Shown here in pieces: positions 49,376 through 60,441 of a stretch of 64,000 nt of DNA. The first letter of the stretch is position 1, and every line of letters starts with the position of its first letter. The stretch is from Nitrosopumilus sp. (GTDB lineage: Archaea > Thermoproteota > Nitrososphaeria > Nitrososphaerales > Nitrosopumilaceae), in the NCBI GenBank assembly GCA_965204345.1, contig OZ241981.1, forward strand, positions 830,639 to 894,638. The letters run 5' to 3'. Made by a program: the position numbers and the translations under genes. Below the pieces are notes generated by a model, which did no database searches, was not told the DNA's origin, and saw only the letters and a list, made by a program, of their open reading frames with translations.

Positions 49376-49831
49376 CTATCTAACAATAAAAGTTCCTTGT
49401 TCAGAGATAGTATTTAGTTCTACTGAAACCAATTCTGTGACTATATCATACGATCCAGAGGAATCAACAATCTTGGAGAATTTATCTCCAATAGGAAGAA
49501 GGTTATTCTCATTTTCAATGCATTGCTCAAAAAATCTGCCCTGAGTAACTGCATCACTTTTTCCAGAAGGATAGATGGTGACATAAAGATCACCACAATC
49601 AAATGAAGAGTCATTAACTCTTACTTGAATTTCAATAGGTTCTGAAACAGAGTATTGCTTAGATAATCCAATGATTTCAATAGAAGATTTATGTGAATTT
49701 TCAAAAGACATGGGCCACAAATTTAATTCTCGATCATATTCTTGAAGCACATTGGCCAAGACCGCAGATCCAAATACAATAGAGAAAATTACAGGAAAGA
49801 CAAACACTGCAAAAACTCTCTTACGCCCCAT
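49376..49831 (-). CDS. Membrane-anchored/secreted hypothetical protein
   Basis: N-terminal hydrophobic helix, beta-rich domain with two Cys. Confidence 0.7.
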   Translation of the reverse strand: MGRKRVFAVFVFPVIFSIVFGSAVLANVLQEYDRELNLWPMSFENSHKSSIEIIGLSKQYSVSEPIEIQVRVNDSSFDCGDLYVTIYPSGKSDAVTQGRFFEQCIENENNLLPIGDKFSKIVDSSGSYDIVTELVSVELNTISEQGTFIVR

Positions 49832-49935
49832 TTTGTTTTAGAATTGATAATTCCCTTATATCTATTTAGCAAAATTCCATTGATTAAGATCAATATGACG
49901 AATAAGTTAAATCGTAGCCAACTAAATATCGCTAG

Positions 49936-52029
49936 ATGAGACTTAGAAAATTTAGAGTGAGAGCGTATAGATGCATTCACGATTCTGGAGAAATCACGGT
50001 AGGAGACTTGGCCGCCTTTGTTGGGAGAAACGAAAGTGGGAAAACCACAATTCTTCAAGCATTGACACTCTTAAACAAGGATGAAGAGATTTCAGAATTG
50101 GATCTTTGTGATGAAATGAACGAAGAGTTAAAAGAAGAGATGAGATTAGCAGAGGGGGAATTCCAGTTAAGCCAGCATGAGATCAGTCTGATTAAAGCAA
50201 AATTTCCAGGATTGCCAGAAATTAAAAAAATTAAACTGTTTAGAACAAATCGGAGTCCAATAGTCCAGTATGAATTTGATGACATGGAATTCAGTGAAAA
50301 TGATAGTAAGGAATTAAACTCATGGGAGAATTTCTCAAGACAGATTTTTGGATTCTTGGACACGATTCCAAATCACCTAAGAATACAGATCAATACAAAA
50401 TTCTTTGAAGAAGAAGTACCAAAAAATCAGGAAGTGTTTGATAGTGGAATGGCAGAATTTAGCAATCAATTTCATGTAATAGCAATTCAAGAACAAAAAG
50501 TTATTGAAGAATGGGAAAAAATCTATGAGAACCCTGAAAATCAATTTTCAAATCTTTTAAGTGGTGAAAGTCAAAAATCTGCTTTACATAACTTTATTGC
50601 ATCTGAGATACATCCAAGATTTGTTTATTTTTCAGATTATAAAAAAATCTATGGAAATATTAATCTCAATGAATATCTCAGAGAAGAAAAAGGAGAACGC
50701 CCGGATTCAATTGAATTTGTGGAAGAGTTTGACAAGGCAGAAACGGTAAGAAATCTATTCTATCTGGCAGAATTGGATATTAAAGAACTAGATGAAGTAA
50801 AAGAAAGTCCATCAAAATGTATCAAACTGCTTAATTCTGCCAGCAACAGATTAACCAAGAAATTAAATCCCGCATGGAAGGGGGATCCTATTCATGTAGA
50901 TTTACGATATAATCCTGGCAATATCATGAGTGTGGTAATTTCAGATGTACACAAAGATGGAACAATTACTAACACCGGATTACTAAATCGAAGGGCAGAA
51001 GGTTTCAAATGGACATTTTCATTTATTGTAAACTTTGCAGCAGAGACACAAAGGGCAGAATTAAAAGAGGCGCTGCTGCTTTTGGATGAACCGGCAAGAA
51101 ATCTTCATCCTACACAACAGATGGGAATTTCAGATTTGTTAAAAAATTTGGCAGGATCAAATCAAGTCTTGTATGCAACACATTCGCCATTTATGATATT
51201 TGATTATACTCCAGGCAATCTGCTTGTGGTGGAATTGGATAAAAGAAAACATCTGAGTAGAATATTTTATGACTACTGGAATGCAGATGACAAAACACTC
51301 ACACCAATTTTGTATGGACTATGTAGGGGACAAGTTGAATCGATTGTAGACAGAGAAATAGGAACAAATTCCAGGCCCATAATTATTGTAGAGACCATAT
51401 CTGACGCAATGTACCTTAATGCATTTGACAAATTTTTACAGGATCCAAATATATCAATGAATCCATTAAATGTGATTGCAGCATATAACAAAAACTCAGT
51501 CTTGCCTTTAGCTATTTTTTATAGAAATCACGGATACAGGACATTTGTTTTATTAGATAACTCTGAAGAATCCAAACAAATCTCAGCACAGCTAGTATCA
51601 AATGAATTTTCAGCCATCCAGACTATCTTTTTTGAGAGGGAAGGGAAGAAACTAGAGTCTATTGAAGATTATATTGCTCTTGAAGATTACTTGCACCCAG
51701 TTAATCAGACATATGAAATAAAATTAAGACAAGAAGGTTTTTCAAATCTGACACCCCAAGATGTTGCATCCAAAGAAGGAAATGGAATTTTAGATAAATT
51801 AAAAAAAATATGGCAGGAGCATAGGGAAGAGGATTGGGAAGAATTTGACAATGAAGAAATTACCAGATATATTTGTGAGAAGATCACACTTGAAGAAGCA
51901 ACTTTTCTATCAGATAAGACTAAAGATCAATTCAGATCATTGTACAGACTAATTGCAGAGCGAATCAGGCAGTATCAAAACGTGGTCACAAAACCAGACT
52001 TGGACAAATTTCAAAAGACCAAGATTTAA
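49936..52029 (+). CDS. OLD-family-like ABC/AAA ATPase with C-terminal TOPRIM-like domain
   Basis: GRNESGKT, RAEGFKW, LLLDEP, YATHSP, IIVETISD, LLDN. Confidence 0.8.
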   Translation: MRLRKFRVRAYRCIHDSGEITVGDLAAFVGRNESGKTTILQALTLLNKDEEISELDLCDEMNEELKEEMRLAEGEFQLSQHEISLIKAKFPGLPEIKKIKLFRTNRSPIVQYEFDDMEFSENDSKELNSWENFSRQIFGFLDTIPNHLRIQINTKFFEEEVPKNQEVFDSGMAEFSNQFHVIAIQEQKVIEEWEKIYENPENQFSNLLSGESQKSALHNFIASEIHPRFVYFSDYKKIYGNINLNEYLREEKGERPDSIEFVEEFDKAETVRNLFYLAELDIKELDEVKESPSKCIKLLNSASNRLTKKLNPAWKGDPIHVDLRYNPGNIMSVVISDVHKDGTITNTGLLNRRAEGFKWTFSFIVNFAAETQRAELKEALLLLDEPARNLHPTQQMGISDLLKNLAGSNQVLYATHSPFMIFDYTPGNLLVVELDKRKHLSRIFYDYWNADDKTLTPILYGLCRGQVESIVDREIGTNSRPIIIVETISDAMYLNAFDKFLQDPNISMNPLNVIAAYNKNSVLPLAIFYRNHGYRTFVLLDNSEESKQISAQLVSNEFSAIQTIFFEREGKKLESIEDYIALEDYLHPVNQTYEIKLRQEGFSNLTPQDVASKEGNGILDKLKKIWQEHREEDWEEFDNEEITRYICEKITLEEATFLSDKTKDQFRSLYRLIAERIRQYQNVVTKPDLDKFQKTKI

Positions 52030-52109
52030 GGTTTAAGAAGTTTTCTCATGAAAAACACTAAACTCACAAATAGAAAAATAGGAAAATCAATTCAAGGTTT
52101 AAGTTAGAG

Positions 52110-54260
52110 ATGAAAAGTTTGAAATATATGAATAGATCCTCATCTAGAGGAATTTTCCTTTCAACTACACTGTTATTTTCAATAATGCTAATTGCATTGC
52201 CGCCAGACATACATGCTGAAGAAATAACAGTCAGAAGCTTTGCATTAGGTGAAACAACGATTATGGAAATAAAAAACAATTCCAATGAAGAAATTAATAC
52301 GATAAGAATTTGGCTTGCAAGCGATTTTAATTTCAAATCATTTAAAACTGAAAAAGGATGGGTAGGTGATAAAAATCCACAAGGAGTAATTGTGTTTAAA
52401 TCACCTGACCCAATCAGCACAGGAGAGTCTGTAAAATTTGGAATTAAGACAGACAAGCCCGATTCGGGAATTAACTGGAAAGTATTAGATGACAAAGACA
52501 GACAAATAGGCCAAGGTAAAGTCATAGCCGAGAAGATACCAGGAGGGAACCAGGATTCAAAACAAAATAAAGACCCAAAAGCCAGTATGACAAAGGAGTC
52601 AGTATTCAGAATTGTTCCAGAAAAACCAAACATTGGTTCGTCAATTAGAGTGACCGGAGAAAACTTTGGCGCATCACAAGAATTTGATTTTTATATAGAC
52701 GATGATAAAATTGGTACTTTTGAAACAGATGGGACCGGTCATTTCATGACTACAATGAAAATCCCAGATGATCAAAAGGCAGAGAGAGTGGATTTTAAGG
52801 TCATAGACAAAAATGGTGAAGAAAAAAAAATGAGTCTAAGAATAGGGGAAATAAAAAATAGAATAACAGATTCAAAGAATGTTCTACTTACCATTCAAGG
52901 AATCCCAGAGGTGGTATATAGGGGAGACTCTTTAGAGATATTTGGAACAGGGAATCCAGGCAGTACAATAACAGCAGAAATAATAACGCCTGATGGAGAA
53001 GTAATTAATTCTAGAACAGCAGGAGTAGATAATAAAGGCAAGTGGAAGTTAAATGAGCCAGTAATTGTGGCATTGGATACTCCGTTTGGAGAATATAGTG
53101 CAACGATAACAGATGGAAGGGAAGATAAAGTGATTAACTGGACAGTGAAATCAGATAAAAAAATTATCGTGATTCCAACATCTTTAAAATTTGAACAGGG
53201 AGAGATTATGAAATTTAATGGTACAGCTTTGCCAAACATACCAATTGAAATAGTGATTGAAGATCCTCGTGGCAAAGAGATTGTTTCAGACATCATACAG
53301 GTAGACAGTTCCGGATCATTAGAATTTGAATTTCCGACATCACAAAATACAGTAAAAGGGACGTACACTCTGATTGCAACACAGGAAAAAGAAAAAGAAT
53401 TTATCTATGTAGGTTTGGGTCAGTTACCTGTAATTCCAGTTAATTTAGAATTTGATAAATTAAATTACAAAGTAGGAGAAACAGCAATAATCACATTATC
53501 GGGAAAGGCATCAGAAATCATTAGTCTGTTAATTATAGATCCAGCAGACAAACCCATAAGAGATGCAGTGTCAATAACACTACCGGCAGATGGTCGTGGC
53601 ACATATTTGATGGACTTGGTTGGATTTGAATCAGGAGCATATACGGCCGTAGTCAGTAAAGGAAGTGCTCAAAGTAGCGAAGCATTCACAGTAGGCCTAC
53701 AAGTAGGATCTGGAGAAATTGAAATCAATACAACAAAAATAAACTATCAACCAGGAGATTCGGTATTAATTTTGGGTGATACTAGTCCTAATGTTCTTTT
53801 GAACATATCAATGTTAGACTCAAATGGAAATGAAATTAAAAAGAAAGAGATATTTTCAGATAAAGATGGAAAAATTTCTGAGAGTTCATTTAGAATACCA
53901 TCAGATGCACAATCAGGTAAATGGGTAATTAATGCAAAAAGTGGATCAAATTTTGCCAATACCGAAATTGAAGTAATAGCAGTAAACATAGAGGGGATGA
54001 TTGTAGAGGTAGAAAGACAAGACATCCCAAGTATTTACGAAACAGTAAATATTCGTGTTTTTGGAGCTCAGCAAACTGTTCACATTAAAATTATAGCAGA
54101 AGACGGAGAAATTATAGCAAAGCTGTCGTTCCCGGCATCAAGGTCAGGAGGAGAAATTAATCAGCCATGGATTATTCCAGAAAATACAGAACGTGGAACA
54201 TATACGATTAAGGCAAATGATGCATTCAATAATGCAGAGACAACTTTTGAAATCAGATAA
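52110..54260 (+). CDS. Large secreted/surface protein with repeated beta-sandwich (Ig-like) domains
   Basis: Signal-like N-terminus; recurring ~90-aa units with G..Y(T/I)..A patterns. Confidence 0.75.
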   Translation: MKSLKYMNRSSSRGIFLSTTLLFSIMLIALPPDIHAEEITVRSFALGETTIMEIKNNSNEEINTIRIWLASDFNFKSFKTEKGWVGDKNPQGVIVFKSPDPISTGESVKFGIKTDKPDSGINWKVLDDKDRQIGQGKVIAEKIPGGNQDSKQNKDPKASMTKESVFRIVPEKPNIGSSIRVTGENFGASQEFDFYIDDDKIGTFETDGTGHFMTTMKIPDDQKAERVDFKVIDKNGEEKKMSLRIGEIKNRITDSKNVLLTIQGIPEVVYRGDSLEIFGTGNPGSTITAEIITPDGEVINSRTAGVDNKGKWKLNEPVIVALDTPFGEYSATITDGREDKVINWTVKSDKKIIVIPTSLKFEQGEIMKFNGTALPNIPIEIVIEDPRGKEIVSDIIQVDSSGSLEFEFPTSQNTVKGTYTLIATQEKEKEFIYVGLGQLPVIPVNLEFDKLNYKVGETAIITLSGKASEIISLLIIDPADKPIRDAVSITLPADGRGTYLMDLVGFESGAYTAVVSKGSAQSSEAFTVGLQVGSGEIEINTTKINYQPGDSVLILGDTSPNVLLNISMLDSNGNEIKKKEIFSDKDGKISESSFRIPSDAQSGKWVINAKSGSNFANTEIEVIAVNIEGMIVEVERQDIPSIYETVNIRVFGAQQTVHIKIIAEDGEIIAKLSFPASRSGGEINQPWIIPENTERGTYTIKANDAFNNAETTFEIR

Positions 54261-54300
54261 ATATCAAACAATTTTATTTTACCTAATCAAGTGAAATATA

Positions 54301-54813
54301 ATGAATTTAAAAGATAGGATAGCAGATTATCCAAATTTCCCTAAAAAAGGGATTTTGTTTAGAGACTTTGGTCCAATTTTGAAAGATCCATCAGCATTAT
54401 CATTTGTGGCAGATGAGTTCTCAAAGCATTTTCATCCAAAAGACATAGACGTGTTTGCAGGAATTGAGTCAAGAGGATTCATCCTAGCGTCAGTTTTAGC
54501 CTCAAGATACAACAAGGGAATGGTTATGATCAGAAAAGCTGGAAAATTACCTGGAAAAACCGCAAAGCTGGCATATACAATCGAATACGGAAAAGACACC
54601 ATAGAAATTCAAAAAGACATAATAAAAGAGGGGGAAAGGGTGCTCATTTGTGATGACCTGCTTGCAACAGGCGGTACAGCAAAAGCGTCTGCAAAATTGA
54701 TAGAAAAGATAGGCGGAAAAATAATCGGATTTGCATTTATTATAGAACTAGCAGATCTGAATGGAATCAAAGGCATCAGCAAATACAACTGTAAATCACT
54801 GGTGAAATACTAG
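54301..54813 (+). CDS. apt: Adenine phosphoribosyltransferase
   Basis: [36 protein letters not shown]. Confidence 0.96.
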   Translation: MNLKDRIADYPNFPKKGILFRDFGPILKDPSALSFVADEFSKHFHPKDIDVFAGIESRGFILASVLASRYNKGMVMIRKAGKLPGKTAKLAYTIEYGKDTIEIQKDIIKEGERVLICDDLLATGGTAKASAKLIEKIGGKIIGFAFIIELADLNGIKGISKYNCKSLVKY

Positions 54814-55604
54814 TGGAAAAAGACGTAGAGATAGGAATTTTTGGAGGGACTGGAATTTATGATTCAGGACTGCTTGAAAATCCACAAGAGATTGACATAA
54901 ACACACCTTATGGAAAACCCTCAGACGTAGTTACCGTAGGGGTTTTCAACGGAAGAAAGATTGCATTTCTTCCAAGACATGGAAAAAAACACGATATTCC
55001 ACCACATAGGATTAACTTTAAGGCAAATATTTGGGCATTCAAAGAATTAGGAATAACTAGAATAATAGCGCCATCAGCTGTAGGCAGTTTGAGAGAAGAA
55101 TTGGAACCAGGACATTTTGTACTACCCACACAATTTTTAGATTTTACAAAGTCAAGGGATGGTTCATTTTCAGAAAATGGAAGGGTGATTCACATCTCAG
55201 TAGCTGATCCCTTTTGTCCAGAATTGCAATCATCAATTCTTAAAGTGACAGATAGTCAAAATATCAGAATACATGAAAATTGCACATACGTGTGTATTGA
55301 AGGACCGCGGTTTTCAACCAAGGCAGAATCAAAATTCTACAAAAGCACGGGTGCAGATATTATCGGAATGACACTAGTCCCAGAATGCCAACTGGCACGA
55401 GAGGCACAGATGTGTTATGCCTCAATTTCAACAGTTACAGATTATGACGTATGGGCTGAAAAACCAGTTACAGCTAAAGAGGTCATTGAAACATTGTCAA
55501 AAAACGTTAAAACAACAAAGAAGATACTAACAGAACTAGTTGATAAAATTCCTAGGACAAGGAGCTGTTCATGTTCCAAAGCATTAGAAGAGGCAGAATT
55601 TTAG
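54813..55604 (+). CDS. mtnP: S-methyl-5'-thioadenosine phosphorylase
   Basis: GIFGGTG, LPRHG, EGPRFST, IIGMT, TDYD. Confidence 0.94.
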   Translation: MEKDVEIGIFGGTGIYDSGLLENPQEIDINTPYGKPSDVVTVGVFNGRKIAFLPRHGKKHDIPPHRINFKANIWAFKELGITRIIAPSAVGSLREELEPGHFVLPTQFLDFTKSRDGSFSENGRVIHISVADPFCPELQSSILKVTDSQNIRIHENCTYVCIEGPRFSTKAESKFYKSTGADIIGMTLVPECQLAREAQMCYASISTVTDYDVWAEKPVTAKEVIETLSKNVKTTKKILTELVDKIPRTRSCSCSKALEEAEF

Positions 55605-55897
55605 TCATCAACAAATGATTCCTTTTTGAGTCCTTCTGGAAGAGTCAGATCACCTTGCAACAGATTTCTTTGAAGGGACAAAATTACCTCTTCAACATCA
55701 TAGCCCAATTTTTCTAATTCTTTTTCAGTTATTTGGGAAAGCTTTGCCCCAATATTTTGTCCGCCGATTCTGCCAAAGGCAATAGCAGTAAAACGAAATT
55801 CGTGGTTATCAATTATGAAATTTCCAGTAATTTTTGCAGCCATCTGGCTTCCATGAATGTTGTTGATGTGAACTTTGAGATCCATTTTACAAGTCAA
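55601..55897 (-). CDS. Conserved hypothetical protein
   Basis: 98 aa ORF in operon-like overlap with neighbours. Confidence 0.75.
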   Translation of the reverse strand: MTCKMDLKVHINNIHGSQMAAKITGNFIIDNHEFRFTAIAFGRIGGQNIGAKLSQITEKELEKLGYDVEEVILSLQRNLLQGDLTLPEGLKKESFVDD

Positions 55898-56292
55898 ATT
55901 TCAACGGCTTTGTTAACATTCTCATCAATTAGAAAGCTCCAATGACTATCATCCTCGATTTTAAAATCTCTGACTTTTAGCGGTATTACTTTTTCATCCA
56001 AGCACTCGTGTTTAATTTCGCCATTTTCTTTTAGCTTTACTAGTTTCCACTTGTATTTCCCCTTTTGTAGCTTACATACAGTTATGCCCCATTTTGCGTC
56101 AGGATCAATTTTAGGCATGCCAACCAAATCAGCAAGTTCCTCTATCCCAAGTTGTTTTTCTTCACAGAATCTTTTCTTACAAACACCGCACCTCCAAATG
56201 TCAACTGAACCTATGGTTCGTTCGTCAATGTTGATGTTTGTCACGCCAAAGTAGACTGGTTGATGTTTACAGGTTTCTGTATCAATATTCAA
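55894..56292 (-). CDS. Conserved hypothetical protein, probable Zn-binding (CxH...CxxC)
   Basis: TCKH, CGVCKKRFC. Confidence 0.75.
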   Translation of the reverse strand: MNIDTETCKHQPVYFGVTNINIDERTIGSVDIWRCGVCKKRFCEEKQLGIEELADLVGMPKIDPDAKWGITVCKLQKGKYKWKLVKLKENGEIKHECLDEKVIPLKVRDFKIEDDSHWSFLIDENVNKAVEI

Positions 56293-56314
56293 TGTTGTTC
56301 ACCCAACGTTGGTA

Positions 56315-56668
56315 TTATTTAGTTCTTGCATCATCATATAGTTTCTCTAAAACTGCACCAATGTTATCGACAATTTTGTTTCGTTTAAATTCAATGTTTT
56401 TGCGCTCACACATTTTTTTGTACATATTGACTGCGGTAAACCGGGGATGCATTGCCTCAAACTCAGTTGAAGAAATATCAATTAAAGCACCAAGATTCAT
56501 CAGATCTAGGGATGATTTTTTGGCATCTTCAATGGAAATTTTCAAGTTTTTTGCAATCGTTTCTGGCGACATTTTACCATTGCAGGTAATTAACAAGTAA
56601 ACTTTAGCTTGAATTGGATCTAGGTTAATTTCAGAAATAAGATCGTTTTCAATATTAGAATTAGGCAT
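56315..56668 (-). CDS. TrmB-like HTH protein
   Basis: LDPIQAKVYLLI..IAKNLKIS..LMNLGAL..FEAMHP. Confidence 0.75.
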   Translation of the reverse strand: MPNSNIENDLISEINLDPIQAKVYLLITCNGKMSPETIAKNLKISIEDAKKSSLDLMNLGALIDISSTEFEAMHPRFTAVNMYKKMCERKNIEFKRNKIVDNIGAVLEKLYDDARTK

Positions 56669-56712
56669 TATTTTTAAAACAAGTCATTACAGCATAAAAC
56701 ATGATCGAATGA

Positions 56713-56931
56713 TTATTTTTTGACCAGTATCTTTTTAGAAATCTTCAAAGAAAATCCCATTGCAATAAAATGAACAACTGCGCCCGCAATTGCAGCATAA
56801 ATCAGATTATCTAAAATAATCCACGCTAAAAGAAATACAATCAAGGAAGGAACCGTGATGGTAATTCCAATAATGGTGCCCCTTAGTACAAGTTCACGTA
56901 CAGAAAGTTTGGATTGCTTATCAACTGACAA
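56713..56931 (-). CDS. Small two-TM membrane protein (start uncertain; ORF-track start at 57102 overlaps the Hsp20 gene)
   Basis: GTIIGITITVPSLIVFLLAWII..AAIAGAVVHFIAMGFS. Confidence 0.65.
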   Translation of the reverse strand: MSVDKQSKLSVRELVLRGTIIGITITVPSLIVFLLAWIILDNLIYAAIAGAVVHFIAMGFSLKISKKILVKK

Positions 56932-57461
56932 TGAAGAAAATTTCAAAAATGGTAATAAAAACCAAAGATACTTTATATTTGGCAAACCCTGATTTTCAAT
57001 GTTTGGCAAGCTACAAGGGTGCGTATTCAAATGATCAATCATTAAATTTTGCAATTCCCATCGTGATAATTTTATTTTTAGGCATAATCTACATAATGAC
57101 ACAGAGGGCAGATTCTGGATTTGTGAGTTTCATTTTAATTGGTGCAGCGGCACTAACAATGTTTTACTGGGTCAGGGTTTTAAAAAAAATGACAAGAGAT
57201 CAAAAGCCATTATACACACAGGCAAGAGAACAAGAGACAAAAAATTGGGTATATGACCTGATCAAGGGCGAGCAAGAATTTGTTTTTGTTGCAGAGGTGC
57301 CAGGCCCAGAAGATAAAATTGCAGTAAGGCTGGTAGACGGAATATTATACATAAGAGGCACGGCAGGCTTTTCAAAAGAAATACCCATAGAAGGCGCCAA
57401 TGAAATGCAAATATTTGATTTCAAATATAGAAATGGCGTACTGACACTAAGGATAAAATAA
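56931..57461 (+). CDS. Membrane-anchored Hsp20/alpha-crystallin domain protein (true start probably ~57001)
   Basis: Two TM helices then FVAEVPG..I..KYRNGVLTLRI. Confidence 0.8.
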   Translation: MKKISKMVIKTKDTLYLANPDFQCLASYKGAYSNDQSLNFAIPIVIILFLGIIYIMTQRADSGFVSFILIGAAALTMFYWVRVLKKMTRDQKPLYTQAREQETKNWVYDLIKGEQEFVFVAEVPGPEDKIAVRLVDGILYIRGTAGFSKEIPIEGANEMQIFDFKYRNGVLTLRIK

Positions 57462-58583
57462 CTAAAGACTCTTAGATAATTCTAGTTTTTGAGGCAAGTA
57501 CTTGTCAGTGATGTTTGTAAGACCGTATTTTGAAAAGGCCTCCAATTCGGCTTTTCTTTTCAATCTCAAAAATACGTCAAGTTCCTTTTTCCAAATTCCA
57601 TCCTCATACCTGGGATCTTTTTTGAGATCATGACATCGTTTGATGTCAGACTCGGTCATGGGAATTGTAGGCAGCTTGTATTTTTCAATATCAGTAGCCC
57701 ATACACCCACCCATTTTGCATCAGGTACTGTAAGCTCCCTGAGATGTGCAGCATTAGCTGAGCCGGATTTTATTACCATTGCAATATGCTCCCCGTACAC
57801 ATCACCATCAGTAAGAACAATTACTGGCAGTTTCATTTCCTCATGAAGTCTCTTGAGCAGAGTGCGCGTAGAGCGTGGTGCTTGTCCCCCGGTATTAATA
57901 ATAATAGATTTGAATTTTTTATCAACCTGTTCTTCTACGAATCTTGTAAAAAGGCCGCCTTTTTCAATTGCAATAACAATCTCTGCACTAGTGTCAACTA
58001 GTTCAGCAGTGGTCAAACTGGGACCAATGGAATATCCATCAGGATGGTTTGACAGATTCATGGTTTTCCCCTCATAGCCAGGAATGGTATATTCTATGTT
58101 CAGATCACCGAAGATAGAGCTTCTTTCTTCGGGGAATATGTGAAAATCCTCCCTGGGTCTAGAGGTAACTGCTTCTAGGTCAACAATAATATTATCAGAT
58201 TCGGACTGGTCCTCAAATTCTATGGCAAAAGCTTGGGAGGAATAATAGACATCCCTTAGAGTGGAGGATTTTTTTTCATGCGTTAATCTGTTTGCAAAAA
58301 ATGCCAACCACATTAGCTGTGTAAATGATCTTAGCTGCGCAGAATTCCTTGAGCTGCGCAGGGCAGCATTGTTTCCCAAGATGTACTGCCTAATCTTTTT
58401 ATCATAAACTATGTTGCCTACGGATCTGCTAGGTATGGAAAATTTTGGAAAGTTGCCATTGTCTAGATCATCATAGATTGTTGCTCCATGACTCTTCAGC
58501 ATCTCAAGAATATTCTTTTGTTTTTCATCGGCTTTTTTGCTACGCTCTTTAATTTTTTTTGCCCCTTTCTTACTTGTTTTCAA
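57462..58583 (-). CDS. top6A: DNA topoisomerase VI subunit A
   Basis: TLRDVYY, IEKGGLF, GGQ, TDGDVYG, KAELEA. Confidence 0.96.
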   Translation of the reverse strand: MKTSKKGAKKIKERSKKADEKQKNILEMLKSHGATIYDDLDNGNFPKFSIPSRSVGNIVYDKKIRQYILGNNAALRSSRNSAQLRSFTQLMWLAFFANRLTHEKKSSTLRDVYYSSQAFAIEFEDQSESDNIIVDLEAVTSRPREDFHIFPEERSSIFGDLNIEYTIPGYEGKTMNLSNHPDGYSIGPSLTTAELVDTSAEIVIAIEKGGLFTRFVEEQVDKKFKSIIINTGGQAPRSTRTLLKRLHEEMKLPVIVLTDGDVYGEHIAMVIKSGSANAAHLRELTVPDAKWVGVWATDIEKYKLPTIPMTESDIKRCHDLKKDPRYEDGIWKKELDVFLRLKRKAELEAFSKYGLTNITDKYLPQKLELSKSL

Positions 58584-60441
58584 TCTCTTTTTCCTCCTCT
58601 AGCGGTCTTTTAGATTCGACTGCATGCTCATCTAGGATTTTCTGATAGTTAGGCTCTTTCTTCTTTCCGGCAAGCTCAGTACAGAATTCGGCTATTAATG
58701 GAAGGTATTTTGCATACAGGTTTGCGCGTTTTTTTGCCATATCAGCCTGTCCCCTTTTTGACATGTACGCAGATAATTTTCTTGATAAAAACTGCAATCC
58801 CAATCGGAGTTCTCTTTCAATTTCTTGCCGATCAGCGACGTTTTCTTTTCCCGCAGTTTTGTAGGGTATTCTAGTAGAACAAATATGAGATACAATTATG
58901 AACGGAGGATCGCCCTTTACTTTGTATCTGCTCCAATCAGTATCATTAACCACTTTTAAAACGACATCGCTGCCTTCGTCATACAGCAGTGGAATCCTGT
59001 TGGCATACCTGTAAACATGGGGTCCGCCGGATTTAATATCACCTCCATACGCAATTCCCATCTCAACAATAAAGGGAAATCCCGAGTATGCAGAAGGTGA
59101 GCGCTGAATGACTGCCGTAAAATCAGGATTAAAAAATTTCTTGATTCCCTTTTCCAGGGGATCCTCTCCCAGGGGAGCTAGACAGCTTGAATCAGGGGCC
59201 ATAAAGTCGTCAAATTTTTGAAGCGAGTCACTGAGTTGGACTAGTTCTTGGTTTGTCAGGGTACCCATTCGTTTTTCAGGTTTAAAATTTGCAAACTCTG
59301 CAAATTTTATTGCAGTCGTATTGCCCACGCGTTGAAATCTCTTAGTCAGAAATGTGGTTAATGGTTCGCCTTGAACAGTGTTAGTCAATTGCTTATAGTA
59401 TTGACTCTCAGAATCCATATCAACGGATTTGGATTGAGAGTCTCCAAAATCCCAGTAGAATAATTTTTTGTTTGGAATGTCAAGATCTTCGATCTTTATT
59501 TTGCTTAATTTTTCAAAATCCATCTTTAAAAACGACATCAAAGCTATTACTACTCTGACTTGACGTGAAAGGGTTTTCCATTTTTTCTTGGCCTTGTCCA
59601 TAATTGCAGTAAAAATAAGATTCTTCTTTGAGAGTCCCAAATCCTTTCTGACTTTTTCAATCATAGCGTCATCTATTGTAGGAATTTCAAATTGTGATTC
59701 GACAATCATCCTTCGTATGCGTTCAACATCAATACCATGCGGGTGGGGTCTAATTATTGTGGGTGGCGGCGGAATTTCTTTTACAAATCTAGGATGGGAA
59801 AATTTTTGTCCTTTGGGATCATCAAAGGTAATTGAGGCATAAGGAGTAATCAGCGAAGTCTCATAAACATAATCACGGATTTTGTTTCCTGCTTTTGAAT
59901 AATCGCCTTCCAAACAGATACTTACAGACAGTCCTTTTTTGGAGACTTCCTTTGTGGCATGCTTGACAATTACAGGTTTGTTTTTTTGAATGTCTAGCAA
60001 TATTTCAAACTGATTTTGGATTTTACCGTCTGAGGAACTTTTTACAACAACTGGTTTGTTTGTAGTAATTTGCCCGTAAAGAATTGCCATTGTTGCCCCC
60101 AGTCCAAACATGCCTCTTGCTTGTTTTAACCCAAACTTGGAGCCATAAAGCACGGTCCCAAAAGCAAGGGGAATGTGCTCAGCATCTATTCCGGGACCAT
60201 TGTCCTTTACAGTCAGAATGTAGGGCTTGGGATCCGGTTTTTCAGGCTCAACTGCCTTTATAGTCAAATGAACGTCTGGAAGGATGCCTTTTTGATCACA
60301 TGCATCCAATGCATTTTCAACAAATTCCCTTACAGCAGTATACAAAGATCGTGTCGGATTACTAAATCCAGCCAAATCACGGTTGCTGTAAAAGAACTCA
60401 CTTGGAGAAATTTGATTAAATTTTTCTTTAATAGAAGACAT
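58570..60441 (-). CDS. top6B: DNA topoisomerase VI subunit B
   Basis: EFVENALDA, DNGPGI, GSKF, RGMFGLG, RYANRIPLL. Confidence 0.96.
   Translation of the reverse strand: MSSIKEKFNQISPSEFFYSNRDLAGFSNPTRSLYTAVREFVENALDACDQKGILPDVHLTIKAVEPEKPDPKPYILTVKDNGPGIDAEHIPLAFGTVLYGSKFGLKQARGMFGLGATMAILYGQITTNKPVVVKSSSDGKIQNQFEILLDIQKNKPVIVKHATKEVSKKGLSVSICLEGDYSKAGNKIRDYVYETSLITPYASITFDDPKGQKFSHPRFVKEIPPPPTIIRPHPHGIDVERIRRMIVESQFEIPTIDDAMIEKVRKDLGLSKKNLIFTAIMDKAKKKWKTLSRQVRVVIALMSFLKMDFEKLSKIKIEDLDIPNKKLFYWDFGDSQSKSVDMDSESQYYKQLTNTVQGEPLTTFLTKRFQRVGNTTAIKFAEFANFKPEKRMGTLTNQELVQLSDSLQKFDDFMAPDSSCLAPLGEDPLEKGIKKFFNPDFTAVIQRSPSAYSGFPFIVEMGIAYGGDIKSGGPHVYRYANRIPLLYDEGSDVVLKVVNDTDWSRYKVKGDPPFIIVSHICSTRIPYKTAGKENVADRQEIERELRLGLQFLSRKLSAYMSKRGQADMAKKRANLYAKYLPLIAEFCTELAGKKKEPNYQKILDEHAVESKRPLEEEKEIENK

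Noticed and set aside
52064-52633. 189-aa minus-strand ORF (also 52895-53368 and 53747-54025)
   Set aside because: Shadows of the 716-aa surface-protein gene.
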